Shown here in pieces: positions 38,208 to 48,353 of a DNA stretch of 64,000 bases. The stretch is taken from the sequence record SRR31156797_2530. One strand, written 5' to 3'. Position 1 is the stretch's first letter; every line of letters starts with the position of its first letter. The notes beneath the pieces are model-generated. The model did no database searches. It had not been told where the DNA came from and saw only the letters and a list, made by a program, of their open reading frames with translations. The position numbers and the translations under genes are program-made.

Positions 38208-38987
38208 TTATTTTGGGGTCACGATCACGCGATTGCTGGAAAAGGGGTGAAGAATGATCGGCTGATCATAAAAAGAGGTGAGAACCTCCTCAGTAAAAAT
38301 CGTCTCTCGTTGACCAGCGGCGTGGACTTTGCCGTTTTTTAACATCAGCAAATGAGTGAAAATCGGTAGTAGCTCTTCCGTATGATGGGTAACGTAAAGA
38401 AGAGTCGGCGTATTCGGCAGATGTGAAAAAGCCTCCAGACGGGTTAGCAGTTCTTCTCGCGCAAATAGATCAAGGCCCGTACAAGGTTCGTCCAAAATCA
38501 GGATCTCTGGTTGTGCCATCATGGCCCGTGCGATCATGACAAATTGTTTTTCCCCTTGAGAAAGGACGTGATAGGAACGATTGATCAAATGCGACAAACC
38601 TAAGTCAGTCAAAAGCGCTTTTGCTTGGATCAGCTGCTCTTCTTCATAGGACTCATAAAGACCAATACTGGAATAAAGCCCCGAAAGAACGATCTCTTCG
38701 GCAAGATCGCGACCATAAAACTTGCTTTGCAGCGCTGAACTGACCCAACCAATGCGCCGTTGAAGATCGGGCACAGACGTTTTTCCGTAACGCTCACCTA
38801 AGACCGTTCGTTGACCAGAAGAAGGCCATAAACTTCCCGTGATCATTTGGAGTAATAAACTTTTGCCAGCACCATTCAGACCTAAAATCACCCAATGCTC
38901 ATTTTTTTTCACTTGCCAATTGATCGCTTTTAATAAATAGTTCTTGTCGCGAACGAATGAAACCTGTTGGAAATCGAGGATTGTCAT
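38208..38987 (-). CDS. Orphan ABC ATP-binding protein (YlmA-like)
   Basis: GLNGAGKS, LSQGEKQ, LILDEP, YVTHH; no adjacent permease. Confidence 0.88.
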   Translation of the reverse strand: MTILDFQQVSFVRDKNYLLKAINWQVKKNEHWVILGLNGAGKSLLLQMITGSLWPSSGQRTVLGERYGKTSVPDLQRRIGWVSSALQSKFYGRDLAEEIVLSGLYSSIGLYESYEEEQLIQAKALLTDLGLSHLINRSYHVLSQGEKQFVMIARAMMAQPEILILDEPCTGLDLFAREELLTRLEAFSHLPNTPTLLYVTHHTEELLPIFTHLLMLKNGKVHAAGQRETIFTEEVLTSFYDQPIILHPFSSNRVIVTPK

Positions 38988-39164
38988 CTATTGTCGAACC
39001 TTAAACAGGTTCTTCACCTCCAGTTGTAAGAATATTCAGAAAATAATCGCTCATATTATAGCATAAAGAAAAACATTTTGCTGACTGTTTGGTATCGCAT
39101 TCATATCTTTTGTCAGAATTCAGAATGCTTGTTATGATGAAACTATACAGGAGGGATGATAACT

Positions 39165-39494
39165 ATGGGTACTTTTAAAGACGAAAAAGATGTGATCGTT
39201 GGCAAGGCTAAAGAAAAAATCGGTGAGTGGACCAATAATGAAGAACTTGCCCATTCTGGGAAAGAACAAGCACACGAAGGTCAGATCAAGAAAGAGCACG
39301 ATCAAAAAAGAGTCAATGAATTAGAAGATCAAAATGACGAGCGCGATGCCCGCAATGATCGAACTACCCCAGAAAATGTCAGCAGTGAAGAATTGTTGCG
39401 AGCTGAAAATCCTGATGCCAATAAAATTTCTTCTGCCGATCGTCGAGATGCAGACCAGCTGAAGCATTATACTGGAATTGAAGATAAATTATAA
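39165..39494 (+). CDS. CsbD-like hydrophilic stress protein
   Basis: GKAKEKIGEWTNNEEL...G...EG CsbD-like N-terminus; GGAGG RBS. Confidence 0.6.
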   Translation: MGTFKDEKDVIVGKAKEKIGEWTNNEELAHSGKEQAHEGQIKKEHDQKRVNELEDQNDERDARNDRTTPENVSSEELLRAENPDANKISSADRRDADQLKHYTGIEDKL

Positions 39495-39504
39495 CTGAAC
39501 ACGG

Positions 39505-39536
39505 ATGCCTTCGTCTTCTAGACGAGGCATTTTTTT
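39505..39536 (+). terminator. Terminator after the CsbD-like gene
   Basis: ATGCCT(T)CGTC / GACGAGGCAT followed by a T run. Confidence 0.75.
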
Positions 39537-39577
39537 GTTAACCAGAGTGGATGAAGAGTCAAGAGACTACTGCTCAG

Positions 39578-39606
39578 TTGACAATTGCTCAACATCTCAT
39601 TATAAT
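39578..39606 (+). promoter_or_regulatory. Consensus sigma-A promoter for the uORF-fusB-like transcript
   Basis: TTGACA-17 nt-TATAAT, a perfect match. Confidence 0.85.
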
Positions 39607-39656
39607 CCATTAAGATCGCATAGAGAGAAGCAAAGAAATTGGGAGGTGGTCATCAA

Positions 39657-39710
39657 ATGCTTATTTATGCATTGTGTACGACTGTCAAGAAAGTAGAACA
39701 GCCGCAATAG
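39657..39710 (+). CDS. Putative 17-aa leader peptide MLIYALCTTVKKVEQPQ
   Basis: GGGAGGTG RBS 8 nt before ATG, inside the 5' leader of the FusB-like gene. Confidence 0.55.
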   Translation: MLIYALCTTVKKVEQPQ

Positions 39711-39740
39711 GAAACGGAAAATTAGAAAGAAGGCTTTTTT

Positions 39741-40382
39741 ATGATCGAACCTTACCAATTTCATTCAATTAAATATCAAGTATACCAATTAGTTCGAACC
39801 TATCAATCGGTGAATGATCCTCGAACGATCAAAACGGTTGAAACGATGACCAAAGACGCCATAGAACATTTTTTTCCTGAAGAAGAAACAGCACCACGTG
39901 AAATTTTAGCTGCTTTCTTTCAACAGGGGATGACGATCAGTCGCAGCAATGAGCTGTTAACAGAACTAAAAGAGTACGTCCGACCCTTTCAGCTGCCGAC
40001 AACAAAACAAATTGAAAAAATGTTTCGGAAAGTAAAAAAACTGAAAATACCTGATTTTGCTTCCGTTGATTTAAAAGAGACCACTTATCTTGCTTGGGAT
40101 GATATCGGTAGTCAAAGCAAGTTTATGATCATAGCCACTGAGCAGGGATTTACAGGACTTCACGGTCATGTGTCAACCGAGGTCAAAAAAGGGATCTGTC
40201 CCTTGTGCCAGCATGAAGGAAATGTGTCGATGTTTCTTTCTTTGACCAAGAGCAACGGCGATGGAACATATACGAAACGCGGGAATTATATTTGCCGTGA
40301 TAGCCAAAGGTGCAATCAGCAGTTGGAACAGCCAGCAAATTTGCATGATTTTGTTTCTTTGCTGCAAATGAAAGATAAATAA
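39741..40382 (+). CDS. FusB/FusC-family EF-G-binding protein
   Basis: 213 aa; KMFRKVKKLK, YLAWDD, KGICPLC...YTKRGNYICRDSQRCN four-Cys zinc domain. Confidence 0.9.
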   Translation: MIEPYQFHSIKYQVYQLVRTYQSVNDPRTIKTVETMTKDAIEHFFPEEETAPREILAAFFQQGMTISRSNELLTELKEYVRPFQLPTTKQIEKMFRKVKKLKIPDFASVDLKETTYLAWDDIGSQSKFMIIATEQGFTGLHGHVSTEVKKGICPLCQHEGNVSMFLSLTKSNGDGTYTKRGNYICRDSQRCNQQLEQPANLHDFVSLLQMKDK

Positions 40383-40389
40383 CGAAATG

Positions 40390-40418
40390 AAACGGCAGAA
40401 ATCTTTCTGCCGTTTTTT
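40390..40418 (+). terminator. Terminator after the FusB-like gene
   Basis: AAACGGCAGAA / TTCTGCCGTTT. Confidence 0.8.
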
Positions 40419-40585
40419 CTCATTGAAAAAAACAACAGTTATAGCATTATTTAAATTTTGTATTAAATGAACAGAATAAACCACTTTGGCTATTGTACCA
40501 ATGGATTTCATGTTATAATTAATCATAGAAACCGATGACTTTACGTGAAAACGTAAGCGCATAAGAGAGAAAATGAGGTGGAACT

Positions 40586-41056
40586 ATGCAATGTCCAAAA
40601 TGTCATCATAACAATTCGAGGGTAGTTGATAGTCGACAAGCCGATGATGGACGTGTGATTCGCCGTCGTCGTGAGTGCGAAAATTGCGGCTATCGCTTTA
40701 CAACATTTGAACGTATTGAAGAGGCACCCTTGCTTGTGATCAAGAAAAATGGTGCCCGTGAAGAATTCAACCGAGAAAAAATTTTACGGGGCTTGATTCG
40801 TTCTGCTGAAAAACGACCAGTGACAATGGATCAGATGGAAACAATCGTCGATCATGTGGAAAGTCGTGTCCGTGCTCTTGGTGAAAATGAAATATCTACG
40901 ACACAAATTGGTGAGTATGTGATGGAAGATCTAGTTGATTTAGACGAGATCGCTTATATCCGTTTTGCCAGTGTATACCGCCAGTTTAAAGACATGTCAG
41001 TTTTCTTAAAAGAACTACAAGACATCGTCGAAAAAGCGAAAGAACCACAAGAATAG
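40586..41056 (+). CDS. nrdR: Transcriptional repressor NrdR
   Basis: CPKC...RRRRECENC zinc ribbon, ATP cone, AYIRFASVY. Confidence 0.97.
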   Translation: MQCPKCHHNNSRVVDSRQADDGRVIRRRRECENCGYRFTTFERIEEAPLLVIKKNGAREEFNREKILRGLIRSAEKRPVTMDQMETIVDHVESRVRALGENEISTTQIGEYVMEDLVDLDEIAYIRFASVYRQFKDMSVFLKELQDIVEKAKEPQE

Positions 41057-41069
41057 AGGGGGACAACAA

Positions 41070-42446
41070 GTGGGCAATAGTTTACCGAATCAATCGTACA
41101 AAGTGTTCAAAAGCCGTCCACTTACAACGGAAGGGAAAGACGCCCTCATTTATTTGTATCAACCAATTATTGAAAGTGATGCTTTAGCGTTGTATTTGAC
41201 ACTAGCAAGCGATGTCCAAGCCCAAAGCATTTCTGGCGAGGAGTCGATGACGACCGTGCATCTAGATATCTTGAATGCCATGAATGTCGGAATGTCTCGC
41301 TTCATAAAAGCCAAGCAAAACCTAGAAGGTATCGGCTTGCTGAAATCATATGAAAAAGCAGATTTGCAAAACGGATCCTCCTATCTGTATTGGCTGCAAG
41401 AACCGGTTCATCCGGCAGCGTTTTTTCAAGATGAATTGTATACCTATCTTTTGTTGGAAAGAGTCGGGGAGCGTAAATTTAATCAGCTGGTCAAGCTGTA
41501 TCAACCAAAGAAATGTTCTTTAACCGATTATCAGGAAGTGACCCAATCCTTCTCAGTTGCCTATGGGTTAAATACTGCTCGTTTCGCCTCTCATGAAGAA
41601 ACGTTACAGGCAGTCAGTAATTCTTTTCAAGAATCCAATGCAAACTTGGTGCTTGACGAAAAGCAATTGGATTGGGACTTTCTTTTATATGAAGCGCAAC
41701 GTCGGTATATCCGTGCCGCTAATTTCACGCCGAGTTTTCGACAAAAGTTAGTTCTATATCATTCCTTATATGGCTATGATGTGTTGGAATTGTTGGATTT
41801 GATGGCGGACAATGTTTCTTTGACAACAGGAGAGGTCGATCAGAAGAAGCTGGAACAAGCGATCATGAAAAAATCGCGGCAGACCTTCACGAAAACATCG
41901 AAAAGAGAAGATCCTCAAGCAGAAAGCCAGTTGCGGCGCTTCAATACATTGAAGCAGAATGGTTTTTCAGAAAATGATGTATTATTGATTCAAGAAAGTG
42001 AAAATAATGCGCCGATCGCCTTTCTAAAAGCGATCAAAGCGGAGAAAAACAGTTTTATGACCGATTCAGAACAATGGTTGATCAAAAGCCTTGTCGAACG
42101 ATCACCATTGCCGAATAGTGTGATCAATGTTCTGGTTCATTACGTTTTAGTAGTCCAAAACAATGCCGCTTTATCCGGAAATTATGTAAATAATATTGCC
42201 GCCCAGTGGTCAGAATTAAAAATCGGTACGGCAGAAGATGCGATCAAGCATGTTCGGAGCCTTGTTCGAAGTGCCAAGGAAAAACGCAGCCGACCACAAA
42301 CAAGCGGCAAAAAAATCATTCGCGAAGAAAAGCTGCCTTCTTGGGCTGAAAAACCAGTGGAAGAGACAGCATTAACGCCAGAGCGACAAGCAGAATTAGA
42401 TAAAAAACTGCAAAACTACTTGCATAAGAAAGCTGGTGACAAGTAA
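41070..42446 (+). CDS. dnaB: Replication initiation / helicase loader DnaB (Firmicute type)
   Basis: LYQPII, LEGIGLL, VINVLVHY; lies between nrdR and dnaI. Confidence 0.9.
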   Translation: MGNSLPNQSYKVFKSRPLTTEGKDALIYLYQPIIESDALALYLTLASDVQAQSISGEESMTTVHLDILNAMNVGMSRFIKAKQNLEGIGLLKSYEKADLQNGSSYLYWLQEPVHPAAFFQDELYTYLLLERVGERKFNQLVKLYQPKKCSLTDYQEVTQSFSVAYGLNTARFASHEETLQAVSNSFQESNANLVLDEKQLDWDFLLYEAQRRYIRAANFTPSFRQKLVLYHSLYGYDVLELLDLMADNVSLTTGEVDQKKLEQAIMKKSRQTFTKTSKREDPQAESQLRRFNTLKQNGFSENDVLLIQESENNAPIAFLKAIKAEKNSFMTDSEQWLIKSLVERSPLPNSVINVLVHYVLVVQNNAALSGNYVNNIAAQWSELKIGTAEDAIKHVRSLVRSAKEKRSRPQTSGKKIIREEKLPSWAEKPVEETALTPERQAELDKKLQNYLHKKAGDK

Positions 42447-43378
42447 TGGAAGATGTTGGAAAAAACTTAGGGAAATTATTGGATAAACGCAATTACCGTG
42501 ATCAGTTTTCATCAATGATGGCAGAAGTTTTGCAAGATCCTGATGTCAAAGCGTTTATTGCCGAAAATGAAGAAGCATTGACCGAAGCGGATATTCAAAA
42601 AAGCTATGCGAAACTGTATGAGTTCGTTCAAGAAAAGCGGAAATTCCGCATCAATGATCCATCCATGATCGCACCGGGCTATGAACCACGCTTAGCGTTA
42701 AATTTTCATTTTATTGATGTCACCTATGTGCCAACCAAAGAGTTACTGGCTTACCAGAAACAAGAAGAGATCCGCAGTCGTATCAAAGCGATGGATATGC
42801 CTAAAGATATTCAAGAAGCGAGCTTTGCAGATTATCAGCAAACGCCTGGACGCATGGAGGCTATCGCAGCCGCCGTTGATTTTATTAGTGAGTTGACAGC
42901 GAATCCGCAAGAATTTCATAAAGGCCTTTACTTTGTAGGAAGTTTTGGGATTGGCAAGACTTACCTGCTTGGAGCAATCGCCAGAGATTTAGCAGAGGCG
43001 GGGTATACAACGACACTTGTCCACTTTCCAACATTTGCGGTAGAGATGAAACAAGCAATCGGCAAAGATCAAGTGGGGGACAAGCTGAATGCAGTGAAAA
43101 AAGCCCCAATTTTGATGATGGATGATATCGGTGCTGATGCGATGAGCAGCTGGATTCGCGACGAAGTCTTCGGTGTCATATTGCAATACCGCATGCAAGA
43201 ACAACTGCCGACCTTCTTTACTTCGAATTTTACTATGCATGAGTTGGAACAGCATCTTTCGGTGACGCAACGAGGTGAATCCGAACCATTAAAAGCCAAG
43301 CGCATTATGGAACGTATCCGTTATTTGACACAAGAAATTCAAATGACTGGTAAAAACCGACGAAATGATGGCCAATAA
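42446..43378 (+). CDS. dnaI: Primosomal protein DnaI
   Basis: GSFGIGKT, MDDIGA, TFFTSN, RIMERI. Confidence 0.95.
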   Translation: MEDVGKNLGKLLDKRNYRDQFSSMMAEVLQDPDVKAFIAENEEALTEADIQKSYAKLYEFVQEKRKFRINDPSMIAPGYEPRLALNFHFIDVTYVPTKELLAYQKQEEIRSRIKAMDMPKDIQEASFADYQQTPGRMEAIAAAVDFISELTANPQEFHKGLYFVGSFGIGKTYLLGAIARDLAEAGYTTTLVHFPTFAVEMKQAIGKDQVGDKLNAVKKAPILMMDDIGADAMSSWIRDEVFGVILQYRMQEQLPTFFTSNFTMHELEQHLSVTQRGESEPLKAKRIMERIRYLTQEIQMTGKNRRNDGQ

Positions 43379-43401
43379 CTGACTATTACTGGAGGAAGAA
43401 G

Positions 43402-43860
43402 ATGATGACAAAACAGGTAATAATAGGATTATCCTTTGCAGCAATGCTGCTTTTAACAGCTTGCGGCAATCAGGGAAACAGCGCTGCAAATGGGGAGACT
43501 GGAACTTCTGAAACCAGCGAGCAGACCAGTTCCGTATCAAATAGTGCATCAGAAACGGAAACAACCGCAATTTTTACTGGTGTTATCCAAGAAGATGCGA
43601 TAGCAGGATCGGATGATACCTTTTCACTCTTTTTGAAAGAGGTGGCGGCAGTGGAAGATGACGATCAAGTCGTCCAAAGTTTTCAAAATGATGGGGTCAT
43701 CCTACATGTCCCAGTCGAGGCTTATTCAGGAGATCTGGAGGAATTGACGGAAGGTGCTACCGTCCAGGTGACGTTGCAAGGCATACCGATCATGACGATG
43801 TCGATCCCGCCGCAAATTCCGGGCAACTCGATCCAAAAGGTTGAATTAGTAGAAGATTAA
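43402..43860 (+). CDS. Lipoprotein of unknown function
   Basis: Signal peptide with LLTAC lipobox, Ser/Thr linker, TMSIPPQ motif. Confidence 0.8.
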   Translation: MMTKQVIIGLSFAAMLLLTACGNQGNSAANGETGTSETSEQTSSVSNSASETETTAIFTGVIQEDAIAGSDDTFSLFLKEVAAVEDDDQVVQSFQNDGVILHVPVEAYSGDLEELTEGATVQVTLQGIPIMTMSIPPQIPGNSIQKVELVED

Positions 43861-43863
43861 TGC

Positions 43864-43910
43864 AATGTGCGCCTTGGCAATGGCACCACAGTCAAGACGC
43901 ACATTTTTTT
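43864..43910 (+). terminator. Terminator after the lipoprotein gene
   Basis: AATGTGCG / CGCACATT followed by a T run. Confidence 0.75.
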
Positions 43911-43955
43911 CTATTTTTGGAAAGCGTGATATACTACGAGAGAAGGAGTGACAAT

Positions 43956-44651
43956 ATGAACGAACATGCATTATCGGATCGTTTGGCTTGTGTGGGCGCA
44001 CAAATTCCCGACCAAGCACGTTTCGCCGACATCGGTTCCGACCATGCTTACTTGCCTGTTGCATTGATGCTGCAGAACAAAATCTCTTATGCTGTAGCCG
44101 GAGAAGTTGTTCAAGGACCTTATGATTCTGCTAGCAAACAAGTGCGTAAGAACGGGTTAGCTGATAAAATCGTGGTTCGTTTGGCAGACGGACTGGACGC
44201 GATTCAACCTGAAGACAACATCGACACCGTTGTCATTGCTGGAATGGGTGGCACACTGATACGTTCGATTTTAGAAGAAGGTAGCCGGAAAAATCGCTTA
44301 GCCGGAGTCAAACGCTTGGTTTTACAACCGAATGTTGGGGAACGGACTTTGCGAGAATGGCTCGTTAGCAACAACTTTATAATCATTCATGAAGTACTTT
44401 TAGAAGAAAACGACAAAAACTATGAAATTATCGTTGCCGAAACTGGAAAAACGACGTATACGTCCCAGCAATTATTTTTTGGTCCTTTTTTATTAAAAGA
44501 AAAAAATCCAGTTTTCCTTAAAAAATGGCAACATGAATTAAAGCAACGACAACGCGTCATCAAAGAGTTAGAGAAAGCCAAAGAACCACCTGCTGAAAAA
44601 ATCAATGAATTAAAGGATCAGATCGAATGGATCAAGGAGGTGTTGGCATGA
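43956..44651 (+). CDS. trmK: tRNA m1A22 methyltransferase
   Basis: ADIGSDHAYLP, IAGMGG, LQPN. Confidence 0.93.
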   Translation: MNEHALSDRLACVGAQIPDQARFADIGSDHAYLPVALMLQNKISYAVAGEVVQGPYDSASKQVRKNGLADKIVVRLADGLDAIQPEDNIDTVVIAGMGGTLIRSILEEGSRKNRLAGVKRLVLQPNVGERTLREWLVSNNFIIIHEVLLEENDKNYEIIVAETGKTTYTSQQLFFGPFLLKEKNPVFLKKWQHELKQRQRVIKELEKAKEPPAEKINELKDQIEWIKEVLA

Positions 44652-45766
44652 TTTCTGGTCAAGAATTTATCAAACGCTTTGAAGCATACTGCCCTTTATG
44701 GTTGGCAGAAGAAGGCGATCCTGTTGGTCTACATGTTGGCACATTAAACAAACCGCTCGAGCGAGTCATGATGACTCTTGATGTACGTCCAGAAGTGGTT
44801 GCAGAAGCCATCGAGAAAAAGATCGACTTGATCATCGCCAAACACCCACCGATCTTTCGGCCTTTGAACCGCTTACTGACAGATGATCCACAACAAAAGA
44901 TGCTAATGGATCTCGTCAAGCATGATATTGCCGTTTACGCCGCCCACACCAATATGGATATTATTGAAGATGGTTTGAACGATTGGTTTTGTGAACTATT
45001 AGAAGTTGAACCCGACACGTATTTGAAGCAAACCCATCAAGTAAAAATGAAGAAGCTAGCTGTTTTTACCCCTGTTGAATCGGCACCAGCGTTACGAAAG
45101 GCATTAGGTAAAGCAGGTGCTGGTCAGCAAGGTAATTACCAAAATACCAGCTATTCCTTGATTGGTACCGGTCGCTTTACGCCACAGCAAGCGGCACATC
45201 CTGCCATTGGTGAGATCGGAAAAGAAGAACAGGTGCAAGAAGCGAAGATCGAAGTCATTTTTCCAGAAACGATCGAGAATAAAGTGCTTTCGGCAATGAT
45301 CGCTGCTCATCCTTACGAAGAGCCAGCTTATGATCTGTATGCCTTAGACAATTTGCCGAAAACCTATGGAATCGGACGGGTTGGCAACCTCGCTGAGCCT
45401 CTTTCCCTTGATCAGTTTGTCGAACGTGTCAAAGAGCGCTTTGGTTTGACTGCTTTACGCCTCGTCAGCTTTCCTGGTGCACCTGAAAAAATTCAGCGAA
45501 TCGCCATTTGCGGCGGCAGTGGCCAATCGTTTTATTCGGATGCCTTACGCCATCAAGCGGATGTGTACATCACTGGCGATATCAGTTACCATTTCGCCCA
45601 TGACATGCAAGCCAATGGGTTGATTGGGATCGATCCAGGGCACAACATCGAAAAGGAATGTATTCCTCGGTTTATTGAGAAATTCAACCAGTGGAAAGCA
45701 GAAGAGAACTGGGCTGTGACCTTTGTTCCTTCCACCACTTCAACAAATCCATTTGACTATAGATAG
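44648..45766 (+). CDS. Nif3/DUF34 dinuclear metal protein with inserted PII-like domain
   Basis: [29 protein letters not shown]. Confidence 0.92.
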   Translation: MISGQEFIKRFEAYCPLWLAEEGDPVGLHVGTLNKPLERVMMTLDVRPEVVAEAIEKKIDLIIAKHPPIFRPLNRLLTDDPQQKMLMDLVKHDIAVYAAHTNMDIIEDGLNDWFCELLEVEPDTYLKQTHQVKMKKLAVFTPVESAPALRKALGKAGAGQQGNYQNTSYSLIGTGRFTPQQAAHPAIGEIGKEEQVQEAKIEVIFPETIENKVLSAMIAAHPYEEPAYDLYALDNLPKTYGIGRVGNLAEPLSLDQFVERVKERFGLTALRLVSFPGAPEKIQRIAICGGSGQSFYSDALRHQADVYITGDISYHFAHDMQANGLIGIDPGHNIEKECIPRFIEKFNQWKAEENWAVTFVPSTTSTNPFDYR

Positions 45767-45777
45767 GAGAATCTTTT

Positions 45778-47010
45778 ATGTACGAAAATTTATTGCCTCG
45801 CTTTTTGAATTATGTAAAAATAGAAACTCGCTCTGATGCGACAAGCACGACAACACCTTCTACCCAAACACAGGTCGCGTTTGCCAAAGAACTGCAAAAA
45901 GAACTTGAAGAATTAGGATTAAGCGATGTTCATTACAATGAATCAAATGGTTTTGTGATCGCAACATTACCAAGTAACGTGGATCATGACGTACGCTCCA
46001 TCGGTTTTATCGCCCATATGGATACCGCCGATTTTAATGCAGAGAATGTTGATCCGCAGATCATCGAAAATTACGATGGCGAATCAACCATTAAATTAGA
46101 TAAAGAAGGAAAATACACATTAAACACAAAAGATTTTCCGAATTTAAAAAATTATGCTGGGGAAACCTTGATCACTACTGATGGTACTACTTTATTAGGT
46201 TCTGATGATAAGTCAGGTATTGCAGAAATCATGACAGCCATGGAAATTTTACTTAAAAACCCAACGATCAAACATGGGGAAATCAAAGTCGCATTTGGCC
46301 CTGATGAAGAAATTGGGGTTGGTGCAGATAAATTCGATGTTGAAGATTTCAATGTTGATTTTGCGTATACAATGGATGGCGGTCCAGTAGGAGAATTGCA
46401 ATACGAGACCTTTAATGCGGCGCAAGCTGAAATTACGATCCAAGGAAAAAATGTCCACCCAGGAACTGCTAAAGACACCATGATCAACGCTTTGCAACTA
46501 GCAGTCGATTTTCAAAATGCGCTACCGGCTGATGAAGTTCCTGAGAAAACCGAAGGGACAGAAGGATTCTTCCATTTGATGAGTCTCAGCGGCTCAGTAG
46601 AAGAAGCGAAAATGGCATACATTATTCGAGACCATGACCGGACCCGTTTTGAAGAAAGAAAAGCACAATTACTAGCGGTTCAAGAAAGCTTGAATGCCCG
46701 CTTTGATGAACCGAGAGTACACGTTCATCTATATGATCAATACTACAACATGAAAGAAATCATCGAAAAAGATATGAGTATCATTGATCTAGCAAAAGAT
46801 GCGATGGAAGCAGTGGGAATCACTCCGATCACAGAACCTGTTCGTGGTGGAACCGATGGCTCGAAAATCTCCTATTTAGGGATTCCAACACCGAATATCT
46901 TTGCTGGTGGAGAAAATATGCACGGACGTTATGAGTTCGTCTCACTACAATCAATGATGAAAGCGACCGATGTGATTGTGAAAATCGCCGAACTGAATGC
47001 TCAAGCATAA
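45778..47010 (+). CDS. pepT: Peptidase T
   Basis: AHMDT, GSDDKSG, PDEEIG, RGGTDG, NMHG. Confidence 0.96.
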   Translation: MYENLLPRFLNYVKIETRSDATSTTTPSTQTQVAFAKELQKELEELGLSDVHYNESNGFVIATLPSNVDHDVRSIGFIAHMDTADFNAENVDPQIIENYDGESTIKLDKEGKYTLNTKDFPNLKNYAGETLITTDGTTLLGSDDKSGIAEIMTAMEILLKNPTIKHGEIKVAFGPDEEIGVGADKFDVEDFNVDFAYTMDGGPVGELQYETFNAAQAEITIQGKNVHPGTAKDTMINALQLAVDFQNALPADEVPEKTEGTEGFFHLMSLSGSVEEAKMAYIIRDHDRTRFEERKAQLLAVQESLNARFDEPRVHVHLYDQYYNMKEIIEKDMSIIDLAKDAMEAVGITPITEPVRGGTDGSKISYLGIPTPNIFAGGENMHGRYEFVSLQSMMKATDVIVKIAELNAQA

Positions 47011-47050
47011 ACGTTGATTTTTGATTTGTTGGAATAAATGAAAAACTCTT

Positions 47051-47097
47051 GGGCTGGGAACTCTTCACGCAGGTCTTGCGTAAGACCCGGCCTTTTT
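47051..47097 (+). terminator. Terminator-like hairpin between pepT and the lipid kinase gene
   Basis: GGGCTGGG / CCCGGCCT outer stem, ACGCA/TGCGT inner stem, T run. Confidence 0.6.
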
Positions 47098-47111
47098 AGG
47101 ATGTGAATAGG

Positions 47112-48020
47112 ATGAAAATTCTCGTTTTATACAATGATACAGCGGGGAAAAGTGAAGCAAAAGAAACAGCAGAAAAATTCCAAGCCTATGTGAAAGAACA
47201 AGGCGAAGAGCATCAAGCGTTCTTGCAGGCCTCAAATCCAGACGTGGATCCCAAAGACGTTCGAGAGGCTGCCGAAAAACACGCAGTCGATACGATTGTG
47301 ATCATTGGTGGAGATGGGACGATCCATCATGGATTGCAAACCTTTAAAGAAAAGTTAGATGAGTTGAAGGTCGGCATCATTCCTGGTGGAACCGTAAATA
47401 ATTTTGCCAGAATGTTGGGGATACCGGTGAAGCCCGAAGAGGCCTTCGAGACGATCTTAACGGGGGTTGAGCGATCGATCGACTACGGGACGGTCAATGA
47501 TCAAGTCATGATCTCGACCATGACCATTGGTCTTCTGGCAGATACCGCCGCAGCCACTTCCCAAGAAGAAAAACAGCAATATGGGCCGTTAGCGTTTATG
47601 AAACGGTTCATTCATCTGTTAATCAAAAAGAAACAATACAAATTAGAAGTCATTGCTGACGAACGGAAATGGCAGGGGAAAACTCAATTACTGACGATCG
47701 TCATGTCGAATTCAGCAGGTGGGTTTAAGAACTTCGATGAAGAAGCAAAGCCTGATGACGGATTGTTTCATATCATTCTTTTGCCAAAACTGAATATTTT
47801 ACGATTTATTTTGTATTTACCAAGAATTATTCGTGGTAGAATTGCCAAAGTGCCAAGTGTTGAATATTTCACTGCCGCAAAGGTCTCAATAAAGGCCAAA
47901 GAAAAAACGGTTCATACTCGAACCGATGGCGACCCAACGGATGATCTACCGATTGAGATGAAAGTTATCAAACATGGTTTGACGATGCTGGTACCTGAAG
48001 AAGCACAAGAATCAAAATAA
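47112..48020 (+). CDS. YegS/BmrU-family lipid kinase
   Basis: NDTAG, GGDGTIH, PGGTVNNF, TDGD; start 47103 or 47112. Confidence 0.85.
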   Translation: MKILVLYNDTAGKSEAKETAEKFQAYVKEQGEEHQAFLQASNPDVDPKDVREAAEKHAVDTIVIIGGDGTIHHGLQTFKEKLDELKVGIIPGGTVNNFARMLGIPVKPEEAFETILTGVERSIDYGTVNDQVMISTMTIGLLADTAAATSQEEKQQYGPLAFMKRFIHLLIKKKQYKLEVIADERKWQGKTQLLTIVMSNSAGGFKNFDEEAKPDDGLFHIILLPKLNILRFILYLPRIIRGRIAKVPSVEYFTAAKVSIKAKEKTVHTRTDGDPTDDLPIEMKVIKHGLTMLVPEEAQESK

Positions 48021-48053
48021 TGATCCCTACGATCAATCATATGGAGGAAATGG

Positions 48054-48326
48054 ATGAATGCACTGATTTACAATCCATTGTGGTTTTATTTAATTGCAGT
48101 CAATCTTTATCTTTTCTGTCTGATGGGGTATGATAAATATCAGGCAGTGAAACAAGGTTGGCGGGTTCCCGAAGCAAATCTCCTTTTTATGGGGGCGATT
48201 GGCGGAGGATTAGGCGGTTTAATTGCGCAACGCGTATTTCGCCACAAAACAAGAAAGAAGAAGTTTCACCTCTTTTTTGCTTTTGGCACCGTTTTTGCTA
48301 TCCTGCTGATGGTCTTTTTTGCATAA
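48054..48326 (+). CDS. DUF1294 membrane protein
   Basis: DK..A....WRVPE...GG..G...FRHKTRK. Confidence 0.88.
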   Translation: MNALIYNPLWFYLIAVNLYLFCLMGYDKYQAVKQGWRVPEANLLFMGAIGGGLGGLIAQRVFRHKTRKKKFHLFFAFGTVFAILLMVFFA

Positions 48327-48353
48327 ATTCGGTATAACAAGCAAGGAGTTAAT

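Noticed and set aside
39505-39696. 63-aa ORF upstream of the FusB-like gene
   Set aside because: Starts inside a terminator, crosses the promoter and has no RBS; the RBS there serves the 17-aa uORF in another frame
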